Assembly: GCA_016872955.1 (NCBI GenBank)
Contig: VGYP01000003.1
Location: forward strand, 1 to 35,425
Length of the DNA: 35,425 bases
From: Planctomycetota bacterium
GTDB lineage: Bacteria; Planctomycetota; Planctomycetia; Pirellulales; UBA1268
Direction of reading: 5' to 3'
Shown here: piece by piece, positions 10,101 through 18,692 of the stretch
How the letters are laid out: the number at the start of each line of letters is the position of its first letter
Position numbering within the stretch: position 1 is the stretch's first letter
Position numbers and translations under genes: made by a program
The notes under the pieces: generated by a model
The model's input: the letters and a program-made list of their open reading frames with translations, nothing else
Told to the model about the DNA's origin: nothing
Databases searched by the model: none

Positions 10101-13100
10101 CTGCTTGAGGTTGTGGAGGGCGGCTCCACGCACTGTGATCGCCGCCGGCCCGGGATCGATCGAGTTCCTGCCGACCATCTCCAGCACCGCCGCCGCCGCG
10201 GCGGCCGGGTCGGCCACCTGCCGGCGGCGGACCGCCTGCTTCCGACGTGACGACCGGGTTCGTGCCGCAGCCAGCAGCGGGGCGAGCGCCCGGCCCGTCA
10301 GCGAGCCGGTGACGCGGACGACCTGTTCGGGCGTGCCCTCGGCGACCACAAGGCCGCCGCCGGCACCCCCCTCGGGCCCGAGGTCGATCACCCAGTCGGC
10401 CCGTTTCACCACGTCGAGGTTGTGCTCGACCACCAGCACGGTGTTGCCGGCCTCCACGAGCCGTTCGAGCACGGTCAGCAACTGCCGGACGTCTGCCATG
10501 TGCAGGCCGGTCGTGGGCTCGTCCAGGATGTAGAGCGTCCGGCCGGTCGACCGCTTCGCCAGTTCGCGGGAGAGTTTCACACGCTGGGCCTCGCCGCCCG
10601 AGAGCGTGGGCGAGGGTTGGCCGAGGTGGAGGTAGTCGAGGCCGACGTCGTGAAGCGTCTGCAGCTTGCGGGCGATGTCGGGGGCGTCGGCGAACAACTC
10701 CAGTGACTCCCCCACTTCCATGGTCAGCAGCTCGGCCACGTTCTTGCCCTTCCAGCGGACCTCGAGCGTGTCCTTGGCGAAGCGGCTGCCGCCGCAGACC
10801 TCGCAGGTGACCCAGACGTCGGCCAGGAAGTCCATGTCGAGACGCACCGAGCCGTTGCCCTCGCAGGCCTCGCAGCGGCCGCCGGCGACGTTGAAGCTGA
10901 AGCGGCCCGCCTTCCAGCCCCGCTTCTTGGCCTCGGGCAACATCGTGAACAGGTCGCGAATGTCGTCCCACACCTTCACGTACGTGGCCGGATTGCTCCG
11001 CGGCGTGCGGCCGATCGGTGATTGGTCAATGACGATCACCTTGTCGAGGGCCTCGGCACCGTCGAGGTGATCGAAGTTGCCCGGCGTCGCGGTCTCGCCC
11101 CCCAGCCGCTGGCGGATCGCGGGCTCGAGCACGTCGCTGACGAGCGAACTCTTGCCGCTGCCCGATACGCCCGTGACGCAGACCAGCAGCCCGAGTGGAA
11201 TCTCGACGTCGATTCCCTTGAGGTTGTTGTGGCGGACGCCGTGGAGCCCGAGCCGCGTCGCCGTCCGCGGCCGCCGCTCGGTGGGCACGGCGATCGCATC
11301 TCGGCCGGACAGGAAGGCGCCCGTGACGCTGTCCGGTGACTTTGCCACGTCGGCCGGCGTGCCGGCCGCCACCACCTCGCCCCCGCGCTTGCCCGGCCCC
11401 GGCCCGAAGTCGACGACCCAGTCGGCCGCGCGGATCGTTTCCTCGTCGTGCTCCACCACGACCACGGTGTTGCCCTTGTCGCGGAGCGCCTCCAGCGCCC
11501 CCAGGAGCTTGGTGTTGTCGCGGGGGTGAAGGCCGATGGAGGGTTCATCGAGCACGTACAAAACTCCCGACAGCCCGGCGCCGATCTGGGCGGCCAGCCG
11601 GATCCGCTGGCTCTCGCCGCCGGACAGCGTGGGCGCCTTGCGGTCGAGCGCGAGGTAGCCGAGCCCCACCTCGTCGAGGAAGGCGAGCCGGCCGCGGATC
11701 TCCTTGAGCAGTTCGGCCGCGATCAGCCGCTGCGTGGCGTCGAGCGACAGTTCCGCCAGGAACTCCCGGGCGTCGGCGATGGGCAGGCCGCAGAGGGCGT
11801 CGAGCGACAGCGAGGCAGGGCGGGCCACCGTCGGCTCGGGGCCGCCCCGCCGCGTCGACCCGCGGCCCGCGGCGGGGCGGCCGGGCCGCAGCCAGCTCGG
11901 AGACGACGATGTGATCCTGACCGCCCGCGCCTGCGGGGAGAGCCGGGCGCCCCGACAGGCGTGGCAGGGCGTGACCGTCATCAGCTTCTCGAGCATGCGC
12001 CGCACGATCCCGCTTTTGGCGTTCCGCCAGCGGTTGGCGAGCAGGGCACGAATGCCCTCGAACTTCGTGTTAGCGCCCCGCTCGGCGCGGCCGCGTTTCC
12101 AGGCGAGTCGGATGTCGTCGAGGCCCGTGCCGTCGAGCCAGATTTTTTTCTGCGCGGCCGTCAGGTCCTGCCAGGGCGTGTCGAGCAGCGTGCCGGCGGG
12201 CAGTTTCTTCTTCGTCTCGGCGTGGGCAGCTACGCCGTTGAACAGTCGCCTCATCCAGCGGGGCATATCGCGGTAGCCGCCCAGCACGCCGATCGCTCCC
12301 TTGCGGAGCGTCTTCTCGGGGTTGGTGACCAGCCTCGCCGCGTCGATCCCGTAGATGTCGCCGAGGCCCTCGCAGGCCGGACAGGCGCCCTGCGGGCTGT
12401 TAAAGCTGAACAACTGTGGCTCGGGCGTGTCGTAGCTGATCCCGCAGGCGGTGCAGGCATAACGGCTCGACAGGACGAGATCGCTCAGCGGCTCCGCCGT
12501 CGGGCGGGCCTTGGCGTCGGGCTCCTCGGCCACGATCACCTGGCCAGAGCCGGTGCGGAGGGCCAAGTCCACGCTCTCGGCCAGCCGGCTGCGGGACTCC
12601 GCGGACGGCACGAACCGGTCGATCACCACCTCGATGGTGTGCTTGAGCAGCTTTTCCAGAGCGGGTGGATCCTCGACCCGGCAGACCGTCCCGTCCACGC
12701 GGGCCCGCGTAAAGCCCTGCCGGACAAGATCGACGAACAGCTCGCGGTGTTCTCCCTTCGCCTCCCGCACCAGCGGCGCGAGGATCATCACCCGGCGGCC
12801 AGCCCGGTCGGTGAGGATTCGCTCCACGATCTGGTCGCGGGGCTGGGCCTCGAGGATGGCATCGCAGGAGGGGCAATGGGCCGTGCCCACCCGCGCGTAA
12901 AGCACCCGCAGAAAGTCATGAAGCTCGGTCATCGTCGCCACGGTCGACCGGGGATTGGTGCCGGCCGATTTTTGGGCGATCGAGATCGACGGCGAGAGGC
13001 CCGTCACGCCGTCGACGTCGGGCCTGGGCAACTGGCCGAGAAACTGCCGGGCGAAGGTCGAGAGGCTCTCGACGTAGCGGCGTTGCCCCTCGGCATAGAG

Positions 13101-13238
13101 CGTGTCGAAGGCGAGGCTCGACTTGCCCGAGCCGCTCACGCCGGACAGGCAGACCAGCCGGCCGCGTGGAATGCCGACGGTCACGTTGCGGAGGTTGTGT
13201 TCGCGGGCACCACGAACGACGATCGGGGGGACGTGCAT
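7164..13238 (-). CDS. uvrA: Excinuclease ABC subunit UvrA, tandem-duplicated (two fused UvrA modules, about 2020 aa)
   Basis: Two VRGAxxHNL...SGSGK(S/T)[20 protein letters not shown] starts, four Walker A, four LSGGE, four Y(V/I)LDEP motifs and twelve CxxC pairs. Start set at [10 protein letters not shown] (13238). Confidence 0.95.
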   Translation of the reverse strand: MHVPPIVVRGAREHNLRNVTVGIPRGRLVCLSGVSGSGKSSLAFDTLYAEGQRRYVESLSTFARQFLGQLPRPDVDGVTGLSPSISIAQKSAGTNPRSTVATMTELHDFLRVLYARVGTAHCPSCDAILEAQPRDQIVERILTDRAGRRVMILAPLVREAKGEHRELFVDLVRQGFTRARVDGTVCRVEDPPALEKLLKHTIEVVIDRFVPSAESRSRLAESVDLALRTGSGQVIVAEEPDAKARPTAEPLSDLVLSSRYACTACGISYDTPEPQLFSFNSPQGACPACEGLGDIYGIDAARLVTNPEKTLRKGAIGVLGGYRDMPRWMRRLFNGVAAHAETKKKLPAGTLLDTPWQDLTAAQKKIWLDGTGLDDIRLAWKRGRAERGANTKFEGIRALLANRWRNAKSGIVRRMLEKLMTVTPCHACRGARLSPQARAVRITSSSPSWLRPGRPAAGRGSTRRGGPEPTVARPASLSLDALCGLPIADAREFLAELSLDATQRLIAAELLKEIRGRLAFLDEVGLGYLALDRKAPTLSGGESQRIRLAAQIGAGLSGVLYVLDEPSIGLHPRDNTKLLGALEALRDKGNTVVVVEHDEETIRAADWVVDFGPGPGKRGGEVVAAGTPADVAKSPDSVTGAFLSGRDAIAVPTERRPRTATRLGLHGVRHNNLKGIDVEIPLGLLVCVTGVSGSGKSSLVSDVLEPAIRQRLGGETATPGNFDHLDGAEALDKVIVIDQSPIGRTPRSNPATYVKVWDDIRDLFTMLPEAKKRGWKAGRFSFNVAGGRCEACEGNGSVRLDMDFLADVWVTCEVCGGSRFAKDTLEVRWKGKNVAELLTMEVGESLELFADAPDIARKLQTLHDVGLDYLHLGQPSPTLSGGEAQRVKLSRELAKRSTGRTLYILDEPTTGLHMADVRQLLTVLERLVEAGNTVLVVEHNLDVVKRADWVIDLGPEGGAGGGLVVAEGTPEQVVRVTGSLTGRALAPLLAAARTRSSRRKQAVRRRQVADPAAAAAAVLEMVGRNSIDPGPAAITVRGAALHNLKQVDADIPRGAMTVCCGPSGSGKTSLAFDTLYAEGQRRYVESLSPYARQFVGQVPKPVFEKIEGLAPAVAIEQRGGGGTPRSTVGTLTEMYDHFRVLAARLGVMHCPDCGSPVGSQSVDQVVDRLLAHPPGTRLLLLAPIELRVGQTPESLWAQLQAAGHVRIRVDGRTHRLEDKPSVDRKRKSRLEIVIDRVTADPATRSRLAQGIEAAFDAGGGTMLVARAVDGAEEPDWPIEVHSRRLACPDCGRGFKPLEPRQFSFNSPLGWCPSCDGLGTRTGVDRKSLVRDDSLPLAAGALDLWPSLAGPPARSPGRAMLEALCRAAGLPVDVPLAELSGLQQRVVFEGAREKWIEVPRPAGVAGKGPWFTFQFKGLETACEEAARLVTGLRGKVDAVMDEVPCSECGGSRLADVASAVTLWGRHLDVWCRMPLGRLREELGRVTLGEADRRIAGDLLRELNARVTFLVDVGLDYLDMARPAGSLSGGEMQRIRLAAQVGSGLTGVLYVLDEPTIGLHPRDTHRLIAALGKLRDLGNTVVVVEHDRDVVAAADHALDFGPGSGREGGRIVAQAAPRRLERTRGSVTGPYLSSRRACDAVLARKRADGRRRPTGWLEIRGIQHRTLRDLDARFPLGVLAAVTGPSGSGKTSLVLEVLWRALARRLHAAREQPGRFTKLTGLDQIDKVILVDQEPIGSTPGSTPATYTGAFDPIRQLFAKVPESRTRGFTPRTFSFNVAGGRCEACEGLGQRRVEMHFLPDVWVECEHCRGRRYSSETLHAKWHGRTIADVLEMSVGEAAEFFSTVPQVSRILGTLVDVGLGYITLGQPAPQLSGGEAQRVKLSRELAKSGTGKTLYILDEPTTGLHFSDIEKLLLVLERLVDAGNTVLVVEHNLEVIAAADWVIDMGPEAGAGGGRITAEGPPEDIAIHADRERGAAPGRKGGGRAEPTGDLLRSHTGEALAAFFGLQILPSLPDPKAMRRAALG

Positions 13239-13340
13239 GGAGGGGCCGCGGGGGCGGGAGGCCAAGACTCGGGTCGTCGCCGGCGGCGTGACCGTCCCTA
13301 TCAAGATAGACGACGCCGACAGGTGGACCGCGGCCGTCGC

Positions 13341-13369
13341 TGGACACACCGCGGGGGCTGCCGTACCAT
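13341..13369 (+). promoter_or_regulatory. sigma70-type promoter for tRNA-Ala
   Basis: TGGACA-N17-TACCAT, about 40 bp upstream of the tRNA. Confidence 0.6.
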
Positions 13370-13408
13370 CGACGTTCCCGAGGGAAACGGCCTGTCTGCG
13401 GCCCTCAC

Positions 13409-13481
13409 GGGGCGGTAGCTCAACTGGGAGAGCGCGGCGTTCGCAATGCCGAGGTTGGGAGTTCGATCCTCCTCCGCTCCA
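13409..13481 (+). tRNA. tRNA-Ala (anticodon CGC)
   Basis: Acceptor GGGGCGG/CCGCTCC with the G3:U70 Ala determinant, D-arm TAGCTCAACTGGGAGAGC, anticodon loop TT-CGC-AA, T-loop GTTCGATC, discriminator A; CCA not encoded. Confidence 0.97.
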
Positions 13482-13576
13482 ATCGCACTGCGGCGGGTCC
13501 GATGCCGGCCCCGACCACCTCGAGACGTGGCCCCCGGCACCGCTGGTATCCTGGAGACGGCACCAGGGAACCAGCG

Positions 13577-14197
13577 ATGGCGACTGATTCGGCGGCGATG
13601 TCGGCTGCGGCGGCCCGCGATCGCTCCACGGAACTCATGCTCCGCGTCCGCGACGGCGACGTGGCCGCCTTCGCCGACCTGGTGGAGTTCTGGCAGGATC
13701 GGCTCGTCACGCTGTTCCTGCACCAGGTTGGTGATCATGCGACGGCGGAGGATCTCGCCCAGGAGACGTTCATGCGCGTCTACCGGGCGAGGAATCGGTA
13801 TCGCCCCACCGCGAAGTTCACCACGTGGGTGCACACGATCGCCAACAACGTCTGTAGCGATCTCAAGCAGCGCTCCTACCGGCGACGGGAACGGGGCGTG
13901 CCGCACTCCGTGTCGGTATCCTCGAGCACCATCGGTCTCGATCAACTTGCCGTGGCCGCCAGTGGCCTGATGCCAGCGCGGGCGGCCGACCGCGGCGAGT
14001 TGCAGGATCTCGTGCGTCAGGCGGTGGCGGGCCTCAGCGAGCGGCAGCGGATGGCCGTGCTGCTGGCAAAGTTCGAGCACTGTTCCTACGAGGAGATCGC
14101 GAACGCCATGGGGCTTTCGGTGCCCGCCGTGAAGTCACTGCTGTTTCGGGCCCGCGACCAACTCCGCGGCGCGCTCACGCCGTACCTCGAGGGCTGA
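13577..14197 (+). CDS. ECF-type RNA polymerase sigma-70 factor
   Basis: Region 2 (AEDLAQETFMRVYRAR..Y...AKFTTWVHTIANN) and region 4 (LSERQRMAVLL...SYEEIANAMGLSVPAVKSLLFRAR). Confidence 0.93.
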   Translation: MATDSAAMSAAAARDRSTELMLRVRDGDVAAFADLVEFWQDRLVTLFLHQVGDHATAEDLAQETFMRVYRARNRYRPTAKFTTWVHTIANNVCSDLKQRSYRRRERGVPHSVSVSSSTIGLDQLAVAASGLMPARAADRGELQDLVRQAVAGLSERQRMAVLLAKFEHCSYEEIANAMGLSVPAVKSLLFRARDQLRGALTPYLEG

Positions 14198-14203
14198 GCG
14201 GTC

Positions 14204-15274
14204 ATGGCCGATCCGAAGGAGCCCTCTGGCAGTCGGTCCGACGCGGCCAAGCCGCCACCGACCGGGCCCGCCGCCGACCTGGCCGACGTCTGGGATGCCC
14301 TCGACGCGCTGCCCCGCGCCAAGGCCGGTGTCGACCTCGCCGCCACCACCATCCAACTCGTCGCGGCCAAACTCGCCGGCGGCACGTCGGCCCGGGATCC
14401 CGAGCCGCCGTGGCTCGTCGCCTGGGCCTTTCGGCTGGTGATCGTGGCGGCCGCCCTGGCGGCGGGCTGGGCCGTCGGCCGCGTGACGGCGCCCGATCAA
14501 GAGCTTCACAATCTGCCGCTCATCGAGCACCTCGATCTGCTCCAGGAAGCCGGCAGCGTCGCCTTCCTCGAAGTGCTGACGGAGCGCATGCAGGCCGGTG
14601 ACGGCCAACCACAGCGCTGGTTCCGGCTGATGCGGGATCCACAGTTGCTGCGGAGCGAGGCCCGTGACTTCGACGAGGCCCTAGAGCGGCTGCGTGCGGA
14701 TGTGGCCGCCGGCGACGCCCCCGCGAGCCTGACCCGTCGGCAGGCGCGAGTGGAGCAGCTGCCACCGGCCGAGCGGGATGCGATCGAGCGGTCCGCGGAG
14801 ACGTTCGCGGGCCTCTCGAGACGCGGCCGCGAGGACCTCGAGACCGTGGCTCAGAGACTCGCCGATCCAACGCAGGGCCGTCTCCGCGACGCCGCCCGCC
14901 TTTGGCACGTGATCGTCGCGGGGACGCCGCCGTTGTTTCGGCAGGACGTCATCGACATGACGCCAGAACGGCGGCTTGAGTGGTTGCAGCGGCCGGCAGG
15001 CAGCGAGTGGCGGAGCGGGCTTGCGGGCCGCGGTCGCGAGGATCTCCGCGGGGCCGACCGCCGGCCACCGGGGCCGCCCGAACGGCTGTCGCCCGATGGG
15101 CCGCTGCCGGCCGAGGGGCTCCTTCGCCCTGACGACCGCCGCCGCCCCGGGCCGCCGCGGCCGTGGCAGGATCGTCCGGGTGGCGACCGGCCGCCGCCGC
15201 GATTCACGCCGGGCCCGCCCCCCGCAGCCGATCGCCCGGGAGTTCCCGCAGAAACTCCAGCGCCGCCGCGTTGA
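14204..15274 (+). CDS. Putative membrane-anchored anti-sigma factor
   Basis: Starts 6 bp after the ECF gene; short cytoplasmic N-terminus (VWDALDALP), one TM, NLPLIEHLDLL, helical extracytoplasmic part, Pro/Arg/Gly-rich tail. Confidence 0.65.
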   Translation: MADPKEPSGSRSDAAKPPPTGPAADLADVWDALDALPRAKAGVDLAATTIQLVAAKLAGGTSARDPEPPWLVAWAFRLVIVAAALAAGWAVGRVTAPDQELHNLPLIEHLDLLQEAGSVAFLEVLTERMQAGDGQPQRWFRLMRDPQLLRSEARDFDEALERLRADVAAGDAPASLTRRQARVEQLPPAERDAIERSAETFAGLSRRGREDLETVAQRLADPTQGRLRDAARLWHVIVAGTPPLFRQDVIDMTPERRLEWLQRPAGSEWRSGLAGRGREDLRGADRRPPGPPERLSPDGPLPAEGLLRPDDRRRPGPPRPWQDRPGGDRPPPRFTPGPPPAADRPGVPAETPAPPR

Positions 15275-16052
15275 AGACATCCGGCCGTTCCAGCGGCACG
15301 AGGTGGCCGGCCTCCGGCACGATCAGGAGCTTGGCATCCGCGATCAGGGCCGCGGCGTGTTCGGCGCAGGCCGGAGGCGTGATCACATCTTCGGCGCCGG
15401 TCACCAGCAGCACCGGAGCGACGACCCGGCCCATCGCCCCGCTCATATCGGGCCGCCCGCCGAGCGCACCGAGCGCGGCCTGCACCGCGGCCGTCGATTG
15501 CGCGGTGATCGTATGCCGCAGGAGCGTCTCGATGCGGTCGCGGTCCGCGGCCGGGTGCGACGGCCGGCGGGCGGCCAGCAGCCGCGGAATCATCGCGTCG
15601 GCGAGGATGCCCAGGCCGAGCCGGCCGACTTTGGCGGCCAGTTCGGCACGACCCGCGCGGGCCTCCAGGGTATCGGCCTCGAGTTTCGTGTCGACGAGGA
15701 TCAGAGCCGCGACCCGATCGGGGTGGCGGACGGCGACGTGCTGGGCCACGTAGCCGCCCATCGAAACACCGCACACCACCGCCGGCCCCGCCACGTGCAG
15801 CGCGTCGAGCAGGGCGACGGTATCGTCGGCCAGCTGGGCCATGCTCTCGGGCGGGCCGCCCCTGCTGGCACCGAAGCCGCGCAGGTCGGGAACGATCAGC
15901 CGCACCTGGTCGGCCAGGGGTTGCTGCCCCAGCCACATCGAATGATCGAGTGGGAAGGCGTGCAACAGCAGGAGCGGCACGCCGCTGCCGGCGGTGTGGA
16001 CCGCCACCTCGGCGTCGCCGACGGGAATATGGTGGATGCCGGTCGAGTTCAT
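15204..16052 (-). CDS. Alpha/beta fold hydrolase (enol-lactonase-like)
   Basis: LLHAFP, PDLRGFG, nucleophile GVSMGG, Asp in GAEDVI, His in AGHLVP. Confidence 0.9.
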   Translation of the reverse strand: MNSTGIHHIPVGDAEVAVHTAGSGVPLLLLHAFPLDHSMWLGQQPLADQVRLIVPDLRGFGASRGGPPESMAQLADDTVALLDALHVAGPAVVCGVSMGGYVAQHVAVRHPDRVAALILVDTKLEADTLEARAGRAELAAKVGRLGLGILADAMIPRLLAARRPSHPAADRDRIETLLRHTITAQSTAAVQAALGALGGRPDMSGAMGRVVAPVLLVTGAEDVITPPACAEHAAALIADAKLLIVPEAGHLVPLERPDVFNAAALEFLRELPGDRLRGAGPA

Positions 16053-16071
16053 CACGCGGATCGCGCGGCGG

Positions 16072-17901
16072 TCAGGGGACAGGCGGGCCGTCGCCGGTCG
16101 CCCGGGCCACGAAGCGGGCGTAGTTGCGACGAATCAGCGGGCTGTGTGGCTCCTGCCGGAGGGCGAGCCACTGCGTCCGCACGGCGCGGCGGAGGTCGCC
16201 CGCCGCGGCCTGACAGTGGGCCAGCGTGTCGAGGTAGCTCGAGTTGTCGAACGAGTCCTCGAGCGTGGCCCGCGAATACCGGGTCGCCTTGGCGAGGTTG
16301 CCCTCCGTGTTCGCGACCAGCCAGGCGTATTCGTTCTTGCCCTGCGTGTCGTCTGGCAGGGCGGCGATCTGGTTCTCGATGGCCTCGGTGGCGCGGCGGA
16401 TGCGGGCGGCGGCGTCGGCCTGTTGGGCCGGCGTGTTGTCTTCCAGGTGATAGAGGGCGATCAGGGTGTCGACGTCCTTGGAGTAGGTCCGCAACGATTC
16501 CTCCAGCAGGCGGCGACGGAGCGCCGGATCGGCGGCCGCGCAGGCGCGAAAATACGTCATCCGCGATCGCACGGCCTGGGGATCTCGTTCCAGGGTGGTC
16601 AGCACGCGGTCGACGAGATCGTCGGGTGGATCGAGGATCGTCGCGAGCGCCTCGCCGGCCTCCGCGTCGCGGCCCTGCTCGTGCAGAAACTCCGCGCCGA
16701 GGATGGCGGCCAGGGCCCGTTGGCCGACCATCCGATCGGGGTCGTCGATCAAGCCACGATATTCGCGGAGGGCCCACTCGGCGGCGCCCCAGCGGGCCAA
16801 CAGCATCGCCGCCCGGAACTTCTGCGGTAGGTTGTCAGCCCCCGCCAGGCTGGCATGCGCGGCATCGGCCAGCGCGATCGACCGGTCCTGCGCGTCTGTT
16901 TCGGACCGCTTGGACCAGGCCACGGCGGCGGCATACGCGACCAGCGGCGAGGGATTCGGTGCCGCCAGATCGTCGGCCACCATGTCGACCACCTGCGGCA
17001 GGCCGCGGCTGGCCAGCCACTCCAGTTCGGTGGCGATCTGCTCGTCGGGCTCGGCCTCGTCTCGTGCCGACGCCAGGATGCGGCCCGCCTCGGCGAAGGC
17101 CTGCTCGTGCCGGCCCGCTCGGGCCAGCAGGAACGCGAGGTGCCGGCGGAAGATCCGGCCGGTCCGGGCGATGCCCAGCGACTCGCCGGCGGAGAGGCCG
17201 ATCGGCTCGTCGGCCGTCTCGGCGGCCGGCGTGAGGAGGGCGGCCGCGGCGACGGCCTCGTCCACGGCCGTCTCGCGATCGGCGGGCGATTCGGCCCTCG
17301 ACCAGGTGACCAGCGCCCGCAGAAACCTCGCGGCGGGTCTGCCGCTTTGGTCGAGGCCGACGAGCAACCGCTCGGCCATCGGTGGCCAGAAGGGGTCGTC
17401 GGGCTGCCACTCCCGCACGAGCAGCGCGGCGGCGATCCGCGAGCCGGCGGTCGTCCGCTCGATCCGCGCGATCCTCGCCAGGGGCTCGATGCCGGCGTCG
17501 TCGTCGAGCCGCAGCAGTCGGTGCATGATCCGCACGCGATCCCCGTAGCTGCGACTGGCGAAGCGGTCGAGCAGCGTCGCGGCCTCGGCAGCGTCGCCGC
17601 CGACGACCAGCGGCAGTGAGGCGATCAGCCAGCGGGCCCGCAGGGCGACCTCCACATCGCCGCTCGTTTCGGCGGCGGTCAGCAGCGCGTCGGCCGCCGG
17701 CAGTCCCAGGGCGGCCAGTGCACGGCTGGCCGATTCCCGGACGGCGTAGTCCGGGTCACCAAGCGACGCCACGAGGGCCTCGAGGTCGACCACCGGACGT
17801 GGTGGCGGGCTGATCGCGTCGGCCCGGGATCCTCTCGTCCACGGTGCGAGGACGGCGACCGCCGCCAGCAACACCCGCGGCCAGACTGGAAAGACGCTCA
17901 T
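16072..17901 (-). CDS. Exported HEAT/TPR-repeat protein
   Basis: Signal-like N-terminus, HEAT-like LGDPDYAVRESASRAL, C-terminal TPR NEYAWLVANT...SYLDTLAHCQ. Alternative start GTG 17979. Confidence 0.7.
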   Translation of the reverse strand: MSVFPVWPRVLLAAVAVLAPWTRGSRADAISPPPRPVVDLEALVASLGDPDYAVRESASRALAALGLPAADALLTAAETSGDVEVALRARWLIASLPLVVGGDAAEAATLLDRFASRSYGDRVRIMHRLLRLDDDAGIEPLARIARIERTTAGSRIAAALLVREWQPDDPFWPPMAERLLVGLDQSGRPAARFLRALVTWSRAESPADRETAVDEAVAAAALLTPAAETADEPIGLSAGESLGIARTGRIFRRHLAFLLARAGRHEQAFAEAGRILASARDEAEPDEQIATELEWLASRGLPQVVDMVADDLAAPNPSPLVAYAAAVAWSKRSETDAQDRSIALADAAHASLAGADNLPQKFRAAMLLARWGAAEWALREYRGLIDDPDRMVGQRALAAILGAEFLHEQGRDAEAGEALATILDPPDDLVDRVLTTLERDPQAVRSRMTYFRACAAADPALRRRLLEESLRTYSKDVDTLIALYHLEDNTPAQQADAAARIRRATEAIENQIAALPDDTQGKNEYAWLVANTEGNLAKATRYSRATLEDSFDNSSYLDTLAHCQAAAGDLRRAVRTQWLALRQEPHSPLIRRNYARFVARATGDGPPVP

Positions 17902-17982
17902 GGTCGCGGCTCCCGACGTCAGCGATCCGCCGATCGGAGATTCTCGCGGAAGCCTACGGCCGCGGGCGTGTCCGGGCAAGCG

Positions 17983-18573
17983 TCAGCCCGCGTCGGGATC
18001 GATGCCGAGGTCGCGAATCGTGACCAGCGACTCCATGGGGATCCCCCGGGCCGCGAGCGCCTCGCGACCGCCGGCCAGCCGGTCGATCACGGTCACCAGC
18101 CGCTCCACGACGAGCCCGAACTCCAAGGCCCGGTCGATGGCCAACAGCGACGAGCCCGCGGTCGTCACCACGTCCTCGAGGATGACAACCCTCTGGCCAG
18201 GTTCGACAGGCCCCTCGATGGAACGCTGCAGGCCGTGCCCCTTGCGCTCCTTGCGGACCATGAAGCCCTTGAGGGCCGTCCCCTCCACGCCTGCCATGGT
18301 CACCACGGCGGCGGTGATCGGATCGGCGCCGATCGACATGCCGCCAACCGCGTGGGGCAGCGGGCCGAGTGTCCGCAGACGCTGCAGGATCGCTCGGCCT
18401 GCGAGCATCGCTCCGAAGGCGTCGAGCACCACCTGCTTGGCGTCGATGTAGAAGGTTGCCTCGCGTCCACTGGCGAGCGTGAAGCGACCCCGGCGCACGG
18501 CGCGGCGGGTGATGAAGTCCAGCAGTTCCGGGGAGACGGCGTCGGGCTCAGCGCGCGGAAGATGGGTCTGCAT
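17983..18573 (-). CDS. pyrE: Orotate phosphoribosyltransferase
   Basis: FTLASG...FYID, VRKERKGHG, PRPP-binding VILEDVVTTAGS, VIDR. Confidence 0.95.
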   Translation of the reverse strand: MQTHLPRAEPDAVSPELLDFITRRAVRRGRFTLASGREATFYIDAKQVVLDAFGAMLAGRAILQRLRTLGPLPHAVGGMSIGADPITAAVVTMAGVEGTALKGFMVRKERKGHGLQRSIEGPVEPGQRVVILEDVVTTAGSSLLAIDRALEFGLVVERLVTVIDRLAGGREALAARGIPMESLVTIRDLGIDPDAG

Positions 18574-18627
18574 GACGCCCGCCAATGATAGCGGCACGGA
18601 CACGACCTGCCGACGGAGTCGGCGTTT

Positions 18628-18655
18628 TTGACTCCCCCTCCGGCCGTCCTAGAAT
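18628..18655 (+). promoter_or_regulatory. sigma70-type promoter of the nfeD-nfeD-floA operon
   Basis: TTGACT-N16-TAGAAT; implies the long NfeD starts at ATG 18672 or 18693 rather than 18585. Confidence 0.6.
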
Positions 18656-18692
18656 CGTGCTGAAACTCGAGATGGGTCACCGGAGCAGGGCC

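Noticed and set aside
13409-13576. tRNA-Ala as an integration site for an island
   Set aside because: No integrase, no duplicated tRNA 3' end noticed, no obvious compositional shift downstream.
9067-17234. Long alternative ORFs (9067..10971, 11448..13418, 14976..17234)
   Set aside because: Off-frame or antisense shadows of real genes, expected at high GC; no recognisable motifs.
18661-18690. TGAAAC as a sigma-W-type -35 for nfeD
   Set aside because: No CGTA-like -10 at 16-17 bp, and a good sigma70-like promoter lies just upstream.
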